NCBI RefSeq assembly: GCF_006345805.1 | Contig: NC_043010.1 | Span: 19,034,001-19,098,000, forward strand | Direction of reading: 5' to 3' | DNA length: 64,000 nucleotides | Source of the DNA: Octopus sinensis | Taxonomy: Eukaryota | Shown here: piece by piece, positions 11,942 through 24,310 of the stretch | How the letters are laid out: the number at the start of each line of letters is the position of its first letter | Position numbering within the stretch: the first letter of the stretch is position 1 | The notes under the pieces: model-generated | What the model was told of the DNA's origin: nothing | The model's database searches: none | The model's input: only the letters and a program-made list of their open reading frames with translations | Position numbers and translations under genes: made by a program

Positions 11942-12595
11942 TGCATACATTTTATTTCCTCTTTGTCTAGCTTCTGTCAATCCATGGTAATGTTTTTAGC
12001 AAAATATGACAAATATTTTCTGTATGAAATATGAAAATTTACATGGTTATTAATGAATTATATATGTTCTTTCAGCCTTGTGTGTCTTTTTGTGGTTTGT
12101 TGTTCAAATTTCAGTGCATTGGATGAATATATTTGTCTTCAGAAAACCTGTTCACTACACAACTAGTTCATTTAGCTTATCATTCATATCTGAACTCCTA
12201 CTGACTAACATACAAGTGTAAGTCTTCTCACGGTTCATTGACAAAATTACAGCTCATTGAGTATAATTTTCTTCAGAAAATTATGCAATTTCTTCATTCA
12301 CAGAACCACTTGTATAGGGGTACCCCACAGTCACACACTCATGCGTGCATGCAGGCACGCACAAATTTGGAGATTCAGCTGATGAATTATTTAATTACAC
12401 CATCATTAAATTGACACTCTTCAGTCGCCTTTCAGAGGAGTTAGGGGCGAGAAGCTAGAGATGAGATTCCAGGAATACTAAAGTAGCAGATGACATTGAA
12501 GTTTGCACAATGCTGTTAGAGAGCAGCAGATGGCAGAAGAATGGTCAAAGCAGGAAACTCCTATTGGAATTGTGATGATAGGGTGAGAATATCAT

Positions 12596-12870
12596 CTTCA
12601 TCATCATTTAGTGTCTGTTGTCCATGCTGGTATGGACTGAATGGTTTGACCAGGGTTGGCAAACTAGAAGACTGCACCAGACTCCAGTCTGATTTGACAT
12701 GATTTTCTACAGCTGGATGCCCTTCCTAATGCCAACCACTCTGAGAATATAATGGGTGCTTTTATGTGCCACTGGCACAGGTGCCATTTGCGTGACACCA
12801 GTATCTTCCATGACTGCAATTTTACTTGGCTTGATGGGTCTTCTGTTCCAACACGACATAATGTCAAAGG
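12596..12870 (-). mobile_element. RTE 3'-UTR-derived repeat (ad hoc family C)
   Basis: CAGCTGGATGCCCTTCCTAATGCCAACC core with (CAT)n tail; same as the 3' end of the RTE at 9.4-10.5 kb. Other copies at ~1978-2110, 24530-24795, 24851-24960, 30090-30430, 34360-34530, 37640-37980, 52935-53115. Confidence 0.85.
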
Positions 12871-12949
12871 TCTTGCAAACAATTAAAGTTCCCAGAGAGC
12901 ATCATGCCTATGACACTCTACCAGAAATAAAAGCTCTCTCCCAAAATTC

Positions 12950-13400
12950 CACTATAATCCGGCAGAAACTAACTGTACCCTGGGGAGAACATATGGAAGA
13001 GGCTCAGAAGAAAGCTTGCCAAATACCAGAAGTTAGTACAACAGTGCAGAAATCAAAGCTGGTGGCCCCCTGCAAGCCATTGGAAATAGACTGCCCCAGT
13101 GTTTTGCAGAGTGAATGCTCTGCAAAACTGTGACTGAACTTGATGTTACTGGCACAACAAAGAGGAGGGCTGCTGTAAGTTTTATCACCATAGCTGCAAA
13201 GAAACCTACTCAATGGCTTTGGTTAAAGGGAGCAGGCCAATGGTTTGCTGTTCCTGTGATGCAACCTGGAATTTGATCAACCCTGGCTGGACCAACAAGT
13301 GATGAGGTCTGATGTTAAAAGATCCGAAATCCTTAAAGACCCTAGAAACATCTGTGATGATGCTTCCTGGAGCATCCATGAGATGTTTCTTGGAACTAGT
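12950..13400 (+). mobile_element. HERO/NeSL-type (restriction-like endonuclease) non-LTR 3' fragment
   Basis: KLTVPWGEHMEEAQKKA(K)YQ..CKPLEIDC.., then G..KRRAAVSFITIAAKKPTQWLW. Resembles the ELTVPWE..EVGCRG..RWLW C-terminus of this clade (recalled, not searched). Confidence 0.65.
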
Positions 13401-14357
13401 CAATTTCTATGTATTTCTGTGTGAGAGTGTATGTGTGTGGGTGTGTTTCTGTCGTATCTTTGTCCTTTGACCAGAGTAACCCAATTGTCAGTCCACCAGT
13501 GACCAGCCTCCCTGCTTTTTGTATGTGTGCATGCTTTGTGTGTGTGTGTGTGTGTGTTGCCTACCCGAGTTAGAATCTCTTTCTTTGCTCTTTTCTATAT
13601 TTTCTCTCCCTTTTCAATGGCTTTCTGCTCTTTACTCCATTCTTTCTTGCTTTCTTTCTCTTTCGTTTATTTCCTTCTTTCTCTCTTTCCATGATGCATT
13701 ACTTGCCTTTCTTTCCTCCTCGTTTTGTCTTCTTCCTCTTCTCACTCCAATCAAAAGCCAGTTTATAAATCCATTTGCTCATGCATCACAGTGTCTCTGT
13801 TATCCCCGAAGCGTGTCCTAGTTCTGTATCCAGTTTGTTTCAAAGAGATTGGTTACACACCAGGGAAACTCAGGTCAGAGTAATTGGCCAATAGAACAAT
13901 CTAAATAGATTTCACACACACACCACACACACACACACATACATGTATGTATATTGACATACACATGCTGTGATTTGACTTCGTGTGCCTTGTTTATCAT
14001 CATCATCCTCATCATTGATTTTTGAAGTGAACATACCTGCATTTATTTTGCTCCAGAGCTACATCAAATTTACAGCATTACCATACGAATTTTCTTGGAA
14101 TTCTTGTTAAAAGGGCTTATACTATTCTGAAGAATGCGTATTCTTGACACCCAGAAGTAGACAATTAAACATGTTTATTTTTAGAAACATTTTCCCATTT
14201 ATTCACACACATGCCATTGACATTTTCACCTTCAAAATAGTCACCAAACATAAATACAGTACATGACAAAGCAACATCTAATAAGAAAAATACAAAACAA
14301 AATGGAAACAAAATACACTAGTGATTTAAGAAATGGAAAGAAAACAAACACTTAAAG

Positions 14358-14612
14358 CAGTGATTCCCAAAGTGGGTGATATTGCCCCCCTGGGTGCATT
14401 GAAAAGTTCCAAGAAGGTGTTGAAGAAAAGTGGAGCGATAATGGGTTAGCGATGGGTTCATTAGGTTAAGTTTTATTTGCGAAGTACAGTTGCTTTGAAT
14501 TTGGTTCAGAAAAAGGTCTTTGTGGTGGTTAGTTGGGGGGGGGGGCACTAGAAATGTGGCCTGGGTGTTAAAGGGGGTGGGGCGGTAGCCTGAAAAACTT
14601 TGGGAACCACCG
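14358..14612. mobile_element. hAT-type MITE (255 bp)
   Basis: TIRs CAGTGATTCCCAAAGT / ACTTTGGGAACCACCG; flanks ACTTAAAG / ATTTAAAT (degenerate 8-bp TSD). Confidence 0.75.
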
Positions 14613-14989
14613 ATTTAAATGAATAATTAACACATAGAAATATTGCAAATGGTCTAATAGGTCATTTTGAAGACAGCAATAACAACAACAACAATCACAA
14701 CAACAGTGGCAATATTTACATTTATCTTACTCATTGTCTTGTTAAAGTAGACCTTGTGTCAATTGCACAGCAAGCAGAATTTACATTTAACACAGTTCCA
14801 AAAGAAAAAAAAAGGGGGCAGTATACGGGAGAATTTTGCATAACTAAACATCATTTCTTTGTCACAAAGAACACAAGTAGGAGACCTCCTTTGGTCATGA
14901 ATGACCATGGGATTGCACCTAGAAAGTTATCTTCCAAGGCACAAGTCAGGGCAAGATTGTTTGTGGAAGGCCAGCAGTCGCCCATGAAT

Positions 14990-15220
14990 ACCGCCCTCCC
15001 CTCTCCACACTGATGATGTTACCCAAGGGAAAGGCAACGGCCAATACAGCTTGGCACCAGTGACGTAGCAACTCATTTCTACAGATGAGTTAACTGGAGC
15101 AACGTGAAATAAAGTGTCTTGCTCAAGAAGACACCACACAGCCCGGTCCAGGAATCGAACTCACAACCTCACAATCGAAAGCCCGACACTCTAACCACTA
15201 AGTCATGTGCCTTCACCACA
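14990..15220 (-). mobile_element. tRNA-headed SINE with central core domain
   Basis: Reverse reading gives TAGTGGTTAGAGTG..GTGAGTTCGATTCCTGG, then GAGCAAGACACTTTATTTCACGTTGCTCCAG. Confidence 0.7.
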
Positions 15221-15269
15221 AAGAGCACAAGTAGTTTTATTTAATTATCCCTCATAACAAGAATTATAA

Positions 15270-16050
15270 GAAGCACTTTGGAAAATCCTCTCAACCAAAA
15301 AGGAGGTAAGTTATGGCACTGTTTGCTGCATTTTCAGAACTGAAAACTCAACCGAAACACAGGTAGGAATTGTTAGACACACCTCTACCAATACATTTGT
15401 GCCCCACTATGCAAGGGAAAAAAATATGAGTGAAAATAAGAGGCATTGGAAATGATGTAAGTCTGTGGCTAGACTTTACTTTATATCACAGAATGGCAAA
15501 AAGTGAAAGTAAGGCTTACAAGAATTGATATGCAGTCTGGAGGCATCAAAATGGATTTGAAAACTGTACTGTCTCCTGAAGACCACAAATCTATACTGGA
15601 ACTGTACCCTCTTGAAGGCGCTAAGACAAAAAAACATGATACTGATGATAGAGTGCAAAAAGCTTAGCTACTACATTCGTTGTGGTAAAAATCACCTTTG
15701 GGATCCTTGCCCTGAAGAACTAAAGAGTCTGTGGGAAAATCAAAAATATGAAAGTAATGAAGATCAACTGAGACAGCGAAAAGAGTAACAAACTCCAATA
15801 ATCCAAGAACTGTTGGCCAAAGCTCAGGGGATGGACAGAGAAATCCCTTTATACCAAGTAAATGCACAAGCAAACAACTCATTCCCTGACAACTACAACC
15901 AGTAACACTATTCCATCATCACAAGACAAGGAATAAATAACAGAGGAAAATGTACAAAGAACCAGAGGAAACTCTAAAGGACAAACAAGAAAAAAAATAT
16001 GGAGAAAGAAAGAGGAAGACAGGATAGCAAAAATGGACAAAGCTGAATAA
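15270..16050 (+). mobile_element. Degraded gag-like ORF1 remnant of an L1/Tx1-type LINE
   Basis: Broken translations VKIRGIG and YYIRCGKNHLWDPCPEE (zinc-knuckle-like), followed by K/E-rich low-complexity sequence. Confidence 0.4.
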
Positions 16051-16689
16051 TTTCTGTAAAAGGAATATGATACTTCTCTTCAGAAAAATAATAAAGAAAA
16101 TGAAGAAAGGAAAGTGGGGACAAAGACCTAAGTTTCATTAATTAGTCACAACTAATTGACAAAATTGTGCATCCACAGAGTATCAGGGACTTTTCAAAGA
16201 ACTGTAAATAACATTAGTAGAATTAGGTTTAGAAAAGGCAACATGCAAGAGAGAGATTAGTAAAAACCAAACAAATAAACTACAAGGAACCTAAACAATA
16301 TTACCTAGAACTTGTTGGTATTTTACAATCACAACCAGCTTTAAAAAAATACTAAAATACATGCTTTTGGGTCCACAAGAATACAATACAGAAATTGGCA
16401 AACATGGGGTCCTCCTACCTGACTTCTAGCTTGTATATCATACTTTATTACCTTTTAATTATATCTTGTTTTAATTGATGTTTCATCATACCTTATCCTA
16501 TTTATTCCCATGCAATATTTGTACTTTAAAAATATCAATTTGTCACCATTTAGGTTATTGTGTAATACGTGTCACACCTTTTCTTGTTTTTCAATAACCT
16601 GACTGTCATGCTTCACATGTTTCTTTGCAATGTTTGGAGAATGTTTCCTATTTTTCTGTATTTCTTAGAAACTTTGTGACTACTAAAGA

Positions 16690-17610
16690 AAAGATTATTA
16701 TCGGTATTTTGTCTGCCACAACATTCTGAGTTCAAATTCTGCTAAGGTCGACTTTGCCTTAAAGTAAGTTTGACTGAAACTTTGCCAATAAAGTAAGTTT
16801 GACTGAAACACTGCAGTTGATGTAATTAACTATCCCCCTCCCCCAAATTTCAAGCCTTGTGTCTATAGTAGAAAGGATTATTATTATTATTATTATTATT
16901 ATTATTTAAGGTGGCGAGCTGGCAGAATTGTTAGCATGCTGGGTGAAATGCTTAATGGTATTTCGCCTGTCTGAGTTCTGAGTTCAAATTCCGCTAAGAT
17001 CATCTTTGCCTTTCATCCTTTCAGGGTCGATAAATTAAATACCAGTTGAACACTGGGGTCAATGTAATCGACTCATGTCCACCTCCCCCAAAGTTGTTCC
17101 CCTTGTGGCAAAATCTGAAATTATTATTATTATTATTATTAGGGCAGTGAGCTTGTAGAATGGTTAGCTCTGGCAGGCAAAATGCCTAGTGGCATTTCGT
17201 CCATTGTTATGTTCTGAGTTCAAATTCCGCCAAGGTCGACTTTGCCTTTCATCCTTTCACATTTGATAAATTAAGTACCAGTGAAACATTGGGGTCGACG
17301 TAATCAACCAGTCCCCTCTCCCCAAATTTCAGGCCTTCTGCCTATAGTAGAAAGAATTATTATTATTGTTATTACTAATACTAACATTGTGAAGGTAGTG
17401 AGCAAGCAAAATTGTTTGTGCATCAGAGCAAATGTTTAGCAGTATTTCTCCACCTCTTAAAGTTCTGGGTTCAAATCTAACTAAGATCAAAGGTACATTT
17501 CGTCCCTTCAGGATTGGTAAAATAAGGTACCAGTCAAGTGCTGGGGAATGATGTCATGGACTTGCTCCTCCCTTCAAAGTTGCCGTGATGAAATTAGAAG
17601 GAAGTATTAT
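16690..17610 (+). mobile_element. Head-to-tail array of about four family-B SINEs joined by (ATT)n
   Basis: Copies at ~16700-16880, 16910-17120, 17143-17360 and 17395-17610. More at 18170-18360(-), 18390-18615(+), 18775-19010(-), 42170-42300(-), 48640-48850(+), 49155-49530(+), 55215-55330(+), 61330-61545(-). Confidence 0.85.
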
Positions 17611-19095
17611 AAACATTTTTAAAAAACTTTTATTTACTCTTTCTAGAGCCTACAGCCAGAAATGGTAACCCTGGAGGCCTCAGAGATCAAAGAAATCTCA
17701 AATATTTCTTCTCTTGCCTAAAGTGTTGTTACAGGAAAATTGTAAACCAGGTTTTAAAATGTAAAGATATGCCATCTTATATGAACATTTAGGAAGGAAC
17801 CGTTCTCTATACTAGCAGAAGCATCATTAAACAACCCTGCCAATTCTTCAAGTCACATTCTTCTCTGAAAAAAAATAACATGATGACTTAATGAGAGAAA
17901 AGAGGAACTGTTATGCTCCCTTTCATGGCCTCCAAGACTGAATGGAAGGGAAGAATTTACTAAGAGAAAGTATTGTCAGCCTGTAGGATACAAAGAGAGT
18001 CACATACGTAAAATATGATGGACATGACCAGGTGGAAGAGTGGCAGAGCCTTGCAATATATTCTGGTTAATGGATATTCCATTTCAGAACCTGTTGTGTA
18101 AATGATTAGACACAAGTTGATTAATCTCTATCAATTCTTTTCTACTCTTTTCTAATCTAGGCACAAGGTCCGACATTTTTGGGGGAGCAGGGGCCAATTG
18201 ATTAGATTGATCGCAGTACGCAACTGGTACTTAATTCATTGACCCCGAAAGAATGAAAGGCAAAGTCAACCTGGGCAGAATTTGAACTCAGAACTTAGTG
18301 GCAGACGAAATACCGATAAGCATTTTACCCGGCATGCTAATAATTCTGCCAACTCGTCACCTTTTAATCTCTATTAATTAGTAAGGCCATGAGCTGGCAG
18401 AGTCATTAAGACATCGGACAAAAGGATTCATGGCATTTTACCAGTCTTTACGTTCTGAGTTCTGATCCTGTCGAAGTCAACTTTGCCTTTCATCATTTTG
18501 GGGTCGATAAAATAAGTACCAGTTGAGTATGGGTGGGGGTGGGGTGGGTGATGTAACTGACTAGACCCCACCAACCCTGAAATTGCTGGCCTTGTGCCAA
18601 AATTTGAAATCAATATTTCTCATGGACATTCAGATTTAGAGATACCAGCTATACTTTCCGCCATGTCAAATATCTTCCCAAATCCCCTTTTTACTGATGG
18701 TTTCACCAAGTTTCCATTACACTTTACACATCTTCACTGCTAAAATAGCCAACGAAATAAGAATAACATCGGTTTCAAATTTTGGCACAAGGCCAGCAAT
18801 GTTGGGGTTGGGGGTGGGGTAAGTCATTACATTGACCCCTACCTACCCCCCACCAGTGTTCACTGGTTTTTATTTTATTGACCCTGCAAAAGGATGAAAG
18901 GAAAAGTTGACCTCTGTGGCATTTGAACTCAAAACATGAAAATACAGACGACGTGCTGCTAAGCATTTTTCCCAACATGTTAACAGTTCTGCAAGCTCAC
19001 CATTTTCTTGGTGTAGGAATATTATTAAATAATCTTCTAAAGAAATAGATGTTGTCCCTAATACATGCTGAATTGATAATCTCAAACAATCATAT

Positions 19096-19540
19096 AATAT
19101 GAGCGCGAGTCAAAAAGTAATGCCATTTTGTTTAGGACAGGTATAATTACCAACATAGGAACATGTATCATACATCAAAAGGAAGCTTATTATGAGTTTA
19201 TTGTTTTTTCTTTTGGCAAGAAATCAATCAGAATGACACCTTGAGCATCCCAAAAGACAGTTGCCATGATTTTTCCAGCTGACTTTTGCATCTTGAACTT
19301 TTTCGGTGGTGGTGACGTAGAGTGGCGCTGTTGCATTGACTGCCTCCTTGATTCCGGTTCATAATGATGAACCTATGTTTCATCACCTGTTATGAGCCTT
19401 CAAAAGAAGGTGTTGTCTCTTTGACTTTGTAGTGAAGCAGTGGCTCAAAGAACAGTCAACAGAATTTTATGGGGCAGGGTTACATGCTCTCATTCAAAGG
19501 TGGAACATTGCTATTGAGAGAAACGGTGACTATGTGGAGA
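19096..19540 (-). mobile_element. Internally deleted mariner remnant
   Basis: Minus strand reads TGDET*VHHYEPESRRQSMQ..KKFKMQKSAGKIMATVFWDAQGVILIDFL. TIR-like TATGAGCGCGAGTCAAAAAGTAATG at the left end. Confidence 0.85.
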
Positions 19541-19611
19541 ATTATTATAATTATTAATTATATTGGTGTTTCTAATCATTTAAAGTGATGTTAATGCTTC
19601 TTTATAAACAT

Positions 19612-19920
19612 AGGTGCAGGAGTGGCTGTGTGGTAAGTAGCTTGCTTACCAATCATATGGTCCTGGGTTCAGTCCCACTATGTAGCACCTTGGGTAAGTG
19701 TCTTCTACTATAGTTTCAGGCCAACCAAAGCCTTGTGAGTGGATTTGGTAGACGGAAACTGGAAGAAACCCATCGTATATGTGTGTGTGTGTATGTATAT
19801 ATATATATATATACATACATGAATGTGTGTGTATATATTTGTGTGTCTGTTTGTCCCACCACCATTGCTTGACAACCGATGCTGGTGTGTTTACGTCCCC
19901 GTAACTTAGCAGTTCAGTCA
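19612..19920 (+). mobile_element. tRNA-derived SINE (ad hoc family D)
   Basis: GTGGCTGTGTGGTAAG..GGGTTCAGTCCCACT..CCTTGGGTAAGTGTCTTCTACTATAG. Other copies at 1260-1345(-), 7905-8060(-), 32930-33335(-), 47700-48010(-), 60650-60870(-), 62410-62570. Confidence 0.85.
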
Positions 19921-20812
19921 AAGTGTATGTCACGAGAAAGCTTGTCAGAAAATGACAGGCTTTCAGACTGGAAATGAATATTCTCTGGGAGCCGGTTCCT
20001 TCACCATTCACCTTTAATTAGTCTACCTCTTGCTGTTCTTACATGATTCCTAACTGGATAGATTACTGCCCCCCACCCACTGTTTTGATTAGATAATCTG
20101 AATGTTTCCTATCACTGATAGCAGCATTCTGTCTGATTGTATTTGACTTGTAGAAGTTATTTTTTTTCTTTAAAAGTGACATTGGGAAATTAAATAATAA
20201 GAAGAAAGGAAATTACCACAGGCTTCACAAACTTAGCATTTTAAAAAGGTTAATAGGCAGAATGTGTGTGTATATATGTGCATACGTACATGAGTGTGTG
20301 TGTGTGTTTTTAGATAGAATGTGTGATAGCTAGATATTAGCTATCCCAAGCAATTATAGAAAAGAAGTAGACAGTAAAACAACGATGATGATGGTGATGA
20401 TGATGGTGATGGTGGTGATGATGGTGATGATGGTGATGATTATGAGGTATATTTCCATATTTCCTCATGTTATTTAAGGATATTAGTTGCATGGTAATCA
20501 GACATATCTATCTAAATGTATGTATACACACACATAAACACAAATACATATACATACAGCAGAATAATCAATAAGGTGTATAATATAGATAAAAAGATAT
20601 TTTCAACAAAAACAAAAAATAAGTGATTTAAGTTGAAATAAAAACATGGAATTGTTGTGTAAATGTGATAGCGAACAAGAGAAAGTAATATGATATAAGA
20701 AAAAATGATATTTGAAACATGACTAACGCTGAAAATATCATTCTTGTTCATGGAGATACGATTTCCCTGTTTATCTAGACCGTGATCTGTGCAGTTGAGA
20801 TTATTTAGGTCA

Positions 20813-20887
20813 TCATTTGTGTTTGACAGTATCCACATCCTTTCTTAGATCAATCTGTATCTTGGCAACACCAATGAAACAATTAAT
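20813..20887 (-). CDS. Candidate terminal exon INCFIGVAKIQIDLRKDVDTVKHK*
   Basis: Acceptor cttttctgctgtcgttcag|, 24 codons then TGA TGA, non-repetitive sequence. Protein family not recognised. Confidence 0.3.
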   Translation of the reverse strand: MNCFIGVAKIQIDLRKDVDTVKHK

Positions 20888-21024
20888 CTGAACGACAGCA
20901 GAAAAGATTGGCCTGTTCAACTGCGTGTGTATATTTATTTACACGTCTGTTTCAAGGGAATAATGCTATTATGAGAGAGAGAGGAAAATAAATTATTTTG
21001 TGCAGAAACTAGTGTTGGTCTTTT

Positions 21025-21190
21025 CAGGGTTGGCCCTAGTGTTGCTGGTGCCCTGGGAAAGCTGAGCTTCAGCGAGTACAGGCTGATGGTTGTTGAAATT
21101 TCCTTGTCTTTGTTGTGCCTGCCTTGGCACCCCCTAGCACATGGTACTCTGGGCAACTGCCTGAGTTGCCGGTACATTGAGCCAGCCCTG
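21025..21190. mobile_element. hAT-type MITE (166 bp) with perfect 8-bp TSD
   Basis: TIRs CAGGGTTGGC / GCCAGCCCTG; TSD GGTCTTTT at 21017-21024 and 21191-21198. Confidence 0.85.
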
Positions 21191-22409
21191 GGTCTTTTTA
21201 TTATTTCTCTGTTTTCCTTAATGGGTCAGGACAAAGAGGTAGTATCCCTGGCCCTTAACAGCCACTCTGAGACCCGCAACAATGAAGTCATTAGTGCTTC
21301 TCTTGAGCAGTTGTAAGTGAAGATCCCCAGGGAAGACATAAGCAGAGAGGGACTTCCAGAGGGAGAGATGACATTCTAGAAAGGAAGAACTGGATGTAGT
21401 GATTAGTATTGGATCAGAGTCAGCTGGATAAAGGATACTGGGAGCAGGAGAGATGAGTGGACATGGTATGAGCCCTGCTATCTCTGGGGACTAGAAAATA
21501 TAATAGTAGCAATAGAAAAGGCAGAGACAAAAGATTAAAAAAAAAACCTGTGTGCCAGAGGCCAGAGTATACCTGTGAGTAACTTTATGACAACCTAATG
21601 GGTGGCCCTTTTCTCATATATCTTGTTTGCAAACATAAAAGTTAATAAAATTTATTAAATAAGTTTCCATTTCTTGAAAGATGGGCCTTTCCCTCTCTTG
21701 ACAGCAGAACTCACTAACCCACCTGTCCTCAAAAACATAGTTTTTGTATAATGTAATAGTACATCAACTTCATTCATACATACCCAGACTTAACACATCA
21801 CTTGTTGCAAGTATTCAGTTCAGTTCCCTGCCACCCATGACGTCACCAGCCACCAACAATATCACTGTAAGTCAAAGCAAGACTCTCTACTATGTCACTC
21901 AATTTGCTAGAAATAGTAGCCAAATCTTCCTCAGATACAACCATACTGTCTTAAGAAAAAGGCACATATAAAACGAGATATACAGTATGTGGAAAACAAA
22001 GAAGGACAGGGTGGTCGCAACTGGAATGTCTTTTGTGTATAAAATCTGACCTGGGGTTAATCAATAACACCTACAGCATATAAATGTAGAAAGTCTAACG
22101 TGAAAGTGTGCAGAATTCCTTAATCTATACCTTTGTACAGGAAGCACCTGTTTAGGGACAGAATGGCAGGACTCAACTTTTGTGTTGTGTTTCTCTAGGG
22201 ATACATTTGATTAGCAGGACCCAACCTTTCCAAAATGTGTTTGTTGATTAACCCCTCGGCCAGCAGCCCAACCATGAAATATAGTCTGTCTATACACGAC
22301 CATCTTTATGTGTATGGCTGGATGTACAGTTGTGTGTGTATCGATGGATGGATTTGCCTATGTGTATGGTTGTGTGTGTGTATGTCTGTACATACAGCTG
22401 TATATGTTT

Positions 22410-23293
22410 ATAATAATAATAATGAAATTATTGTATACAGTGCTCAGGTGCACCACAACTTGTCAGAAAGTGCATATAAAGTACATGCAGTAATGTAGAA
22501 ATGTCTGGAAAGTGAACATGCTTGTGTGTGTATGGAGGGGAGAAAATCAAGTGTAGTGTTGGCGAATCTCAGGAAGCATGGAAGTTTTGAAGGATGCAGT
22601 GCTCCGACAACTAACAACCGATGCCGGCAGTTTGTTCCACGCTTCAGCAACTCTCAGCGTGAAAAAATGTTTCCTGAAGTCATGGGAGCTGTGCTGTTTT
22701 CTTACTTTGTAAATATGTCCACGGGTGTTAGATGGGTGGAGTTTGAAGAGGTGCTCAGAGTTATTGTTTGTGCGATGGTTGATAATTTTATGGGTGTCTG
22801 CCAAGTCAGCTGCCAGACGTTGGAGTTTCAATGTGTCCATGCCCAGGGAAGTAAGGCGTTCAGGATATGGCAAATGCCTGATGGAGGGTATTCTTTTGGT
22901 TGCACGTCGCTGAACAGCTTCCAGACAATTGATGTCCTGGGCAAGATAGGGGTTCCAGACCGGTGATGCAAATTCCAGGTGAGGTCTTACCATAGCTATA
23001 TAAAGCCGCAGATAGATAGCCAGAGAGCGGCTCACAAAGGATTTGGTGAGTGATGCCAAGACACCCTCAGCCTTCTTGACAATTTTAGCGATGTGTTTTG
23101 TCCAACGCAAATCACTGTCGACAATAACACCCAGGTCACGTTCACTTGAAGACTTTTTGAGACTAGTGTTGTGGAGGGAGTAGGTGGACGCTGGGTTTCT
23201 CCTCCCAAAATGCATGGTGGTACATTTGTCCACAGCCAGCTTGAGTTGCCAGTCCATGATCCACTGCTGCATTGTGTCCAGGTCTGCTTGCAA
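22410..23293 (-). mobile_element. 5'-truncated CR1/L2-group LINE with 248-aa RT C-terminal ORF
   Basis: ORF 22547-23293 contains ERDLGVIVD, VRPHLEFASPVWNP and VQRRATKRIP, ending in a (TAA)n tail. 3' ends of the same family at 48020-48150(+), 52205-52490(-), 61980-62020(-). Confidence 0.92.
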
Positions 23294-23984
23294 TAGAGAT
23301 CCATAGTGTACAGGATTTGGTCCTGTGTGTATGGTTGGGCGTACAGGCTTGTATGTATAACTGCATATGTCTGGCTGTGTGTGTGTATGTATGTGTGTGT
23401 GTGGGTAACAGACTCAGAATCGGAACTGCCAACCTTTCCACTGTTGTCCTCTCTGCACAGACAGCAATGCTCTCCATGAATTCCACTCAGCCCCACCCTC
23501 AACACCACCCCCACATTGCTACTTGAAATAAAACTAACTTACCATACCTCTAGTAAACTCTTTAACCTAGTAAAACAACCTCTCCAGTATTTGGAGAAAC
23601 AATATCATTAAAGAAATGTATTTTATTTTATTCGTCAAAGTAGTCGGCAGGTCTGGAGTGTCATCTGGCGAAGAACGAGCTTCTAACTCTTGACACACAA
23701 ATAAATATATACACAACCATTGTTGTTATGAAATAAAGCTAAACCCAAGCACCGAACCGGCTCTCAAGCCAGTAAGACAACCTTTTTACTGCAAAATAAT
23801 ACAATGAAGCTACATTGATCCCTTTCACTTGTTTTTCAATTAGTAGATCTGAAGTGCTGCCTGGTGGCGAGAAACCTGCCTAAGACGCCCCAATACATTT
23901 AGTGGAATCCACTTTGTCTATTGCAAATATTTGGAATAGATATGTTGGTAATGTTGCAGCATTAAAATATTACTGTTATTATTT

Positions 23985-24031
23985 GTGTTTATGTATGTAT
24001 TAATGTATGTATGTGTATATATATATATACA

Positions 24032-24079
<48 letters not shown>

Positions 24080-24120
24080 ATATATGTATATACATACATA
24101 TATATATATGTATATACATA

Positions 24121-24152
<32 letters not shown>

Positions 24153-24310
24153 ATATATATACATGTGTGTGTGTATATATATATATATGTATATACATAA
24201 CGATGATGATGATATATACATATGTATATACACCTATGTATGTACATATATACATATGTATGTACATATATATATTTATGTATTACGTATATGTTTGTGT
24301 ATATATGTAT
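23985..24310. repeat. (TA)n/(TG)n compound microsatellite
   Basis: Direct reading. Explains the Tyr/Ile ORFs. Confidence 0.95.

Noticed and set aside
13290-13345. GTGATGA..GAAA hammerhead-like string in the HERO 3' UTR
   Set aside because: Stem II needs a gap, and no stem I or stem III pairing could be found.
21200-21560. Possible APE endonuclease remnant on the minus strand
   Set aside because: Only a fragmentary IVAG..EW similarity, too degraded to call.
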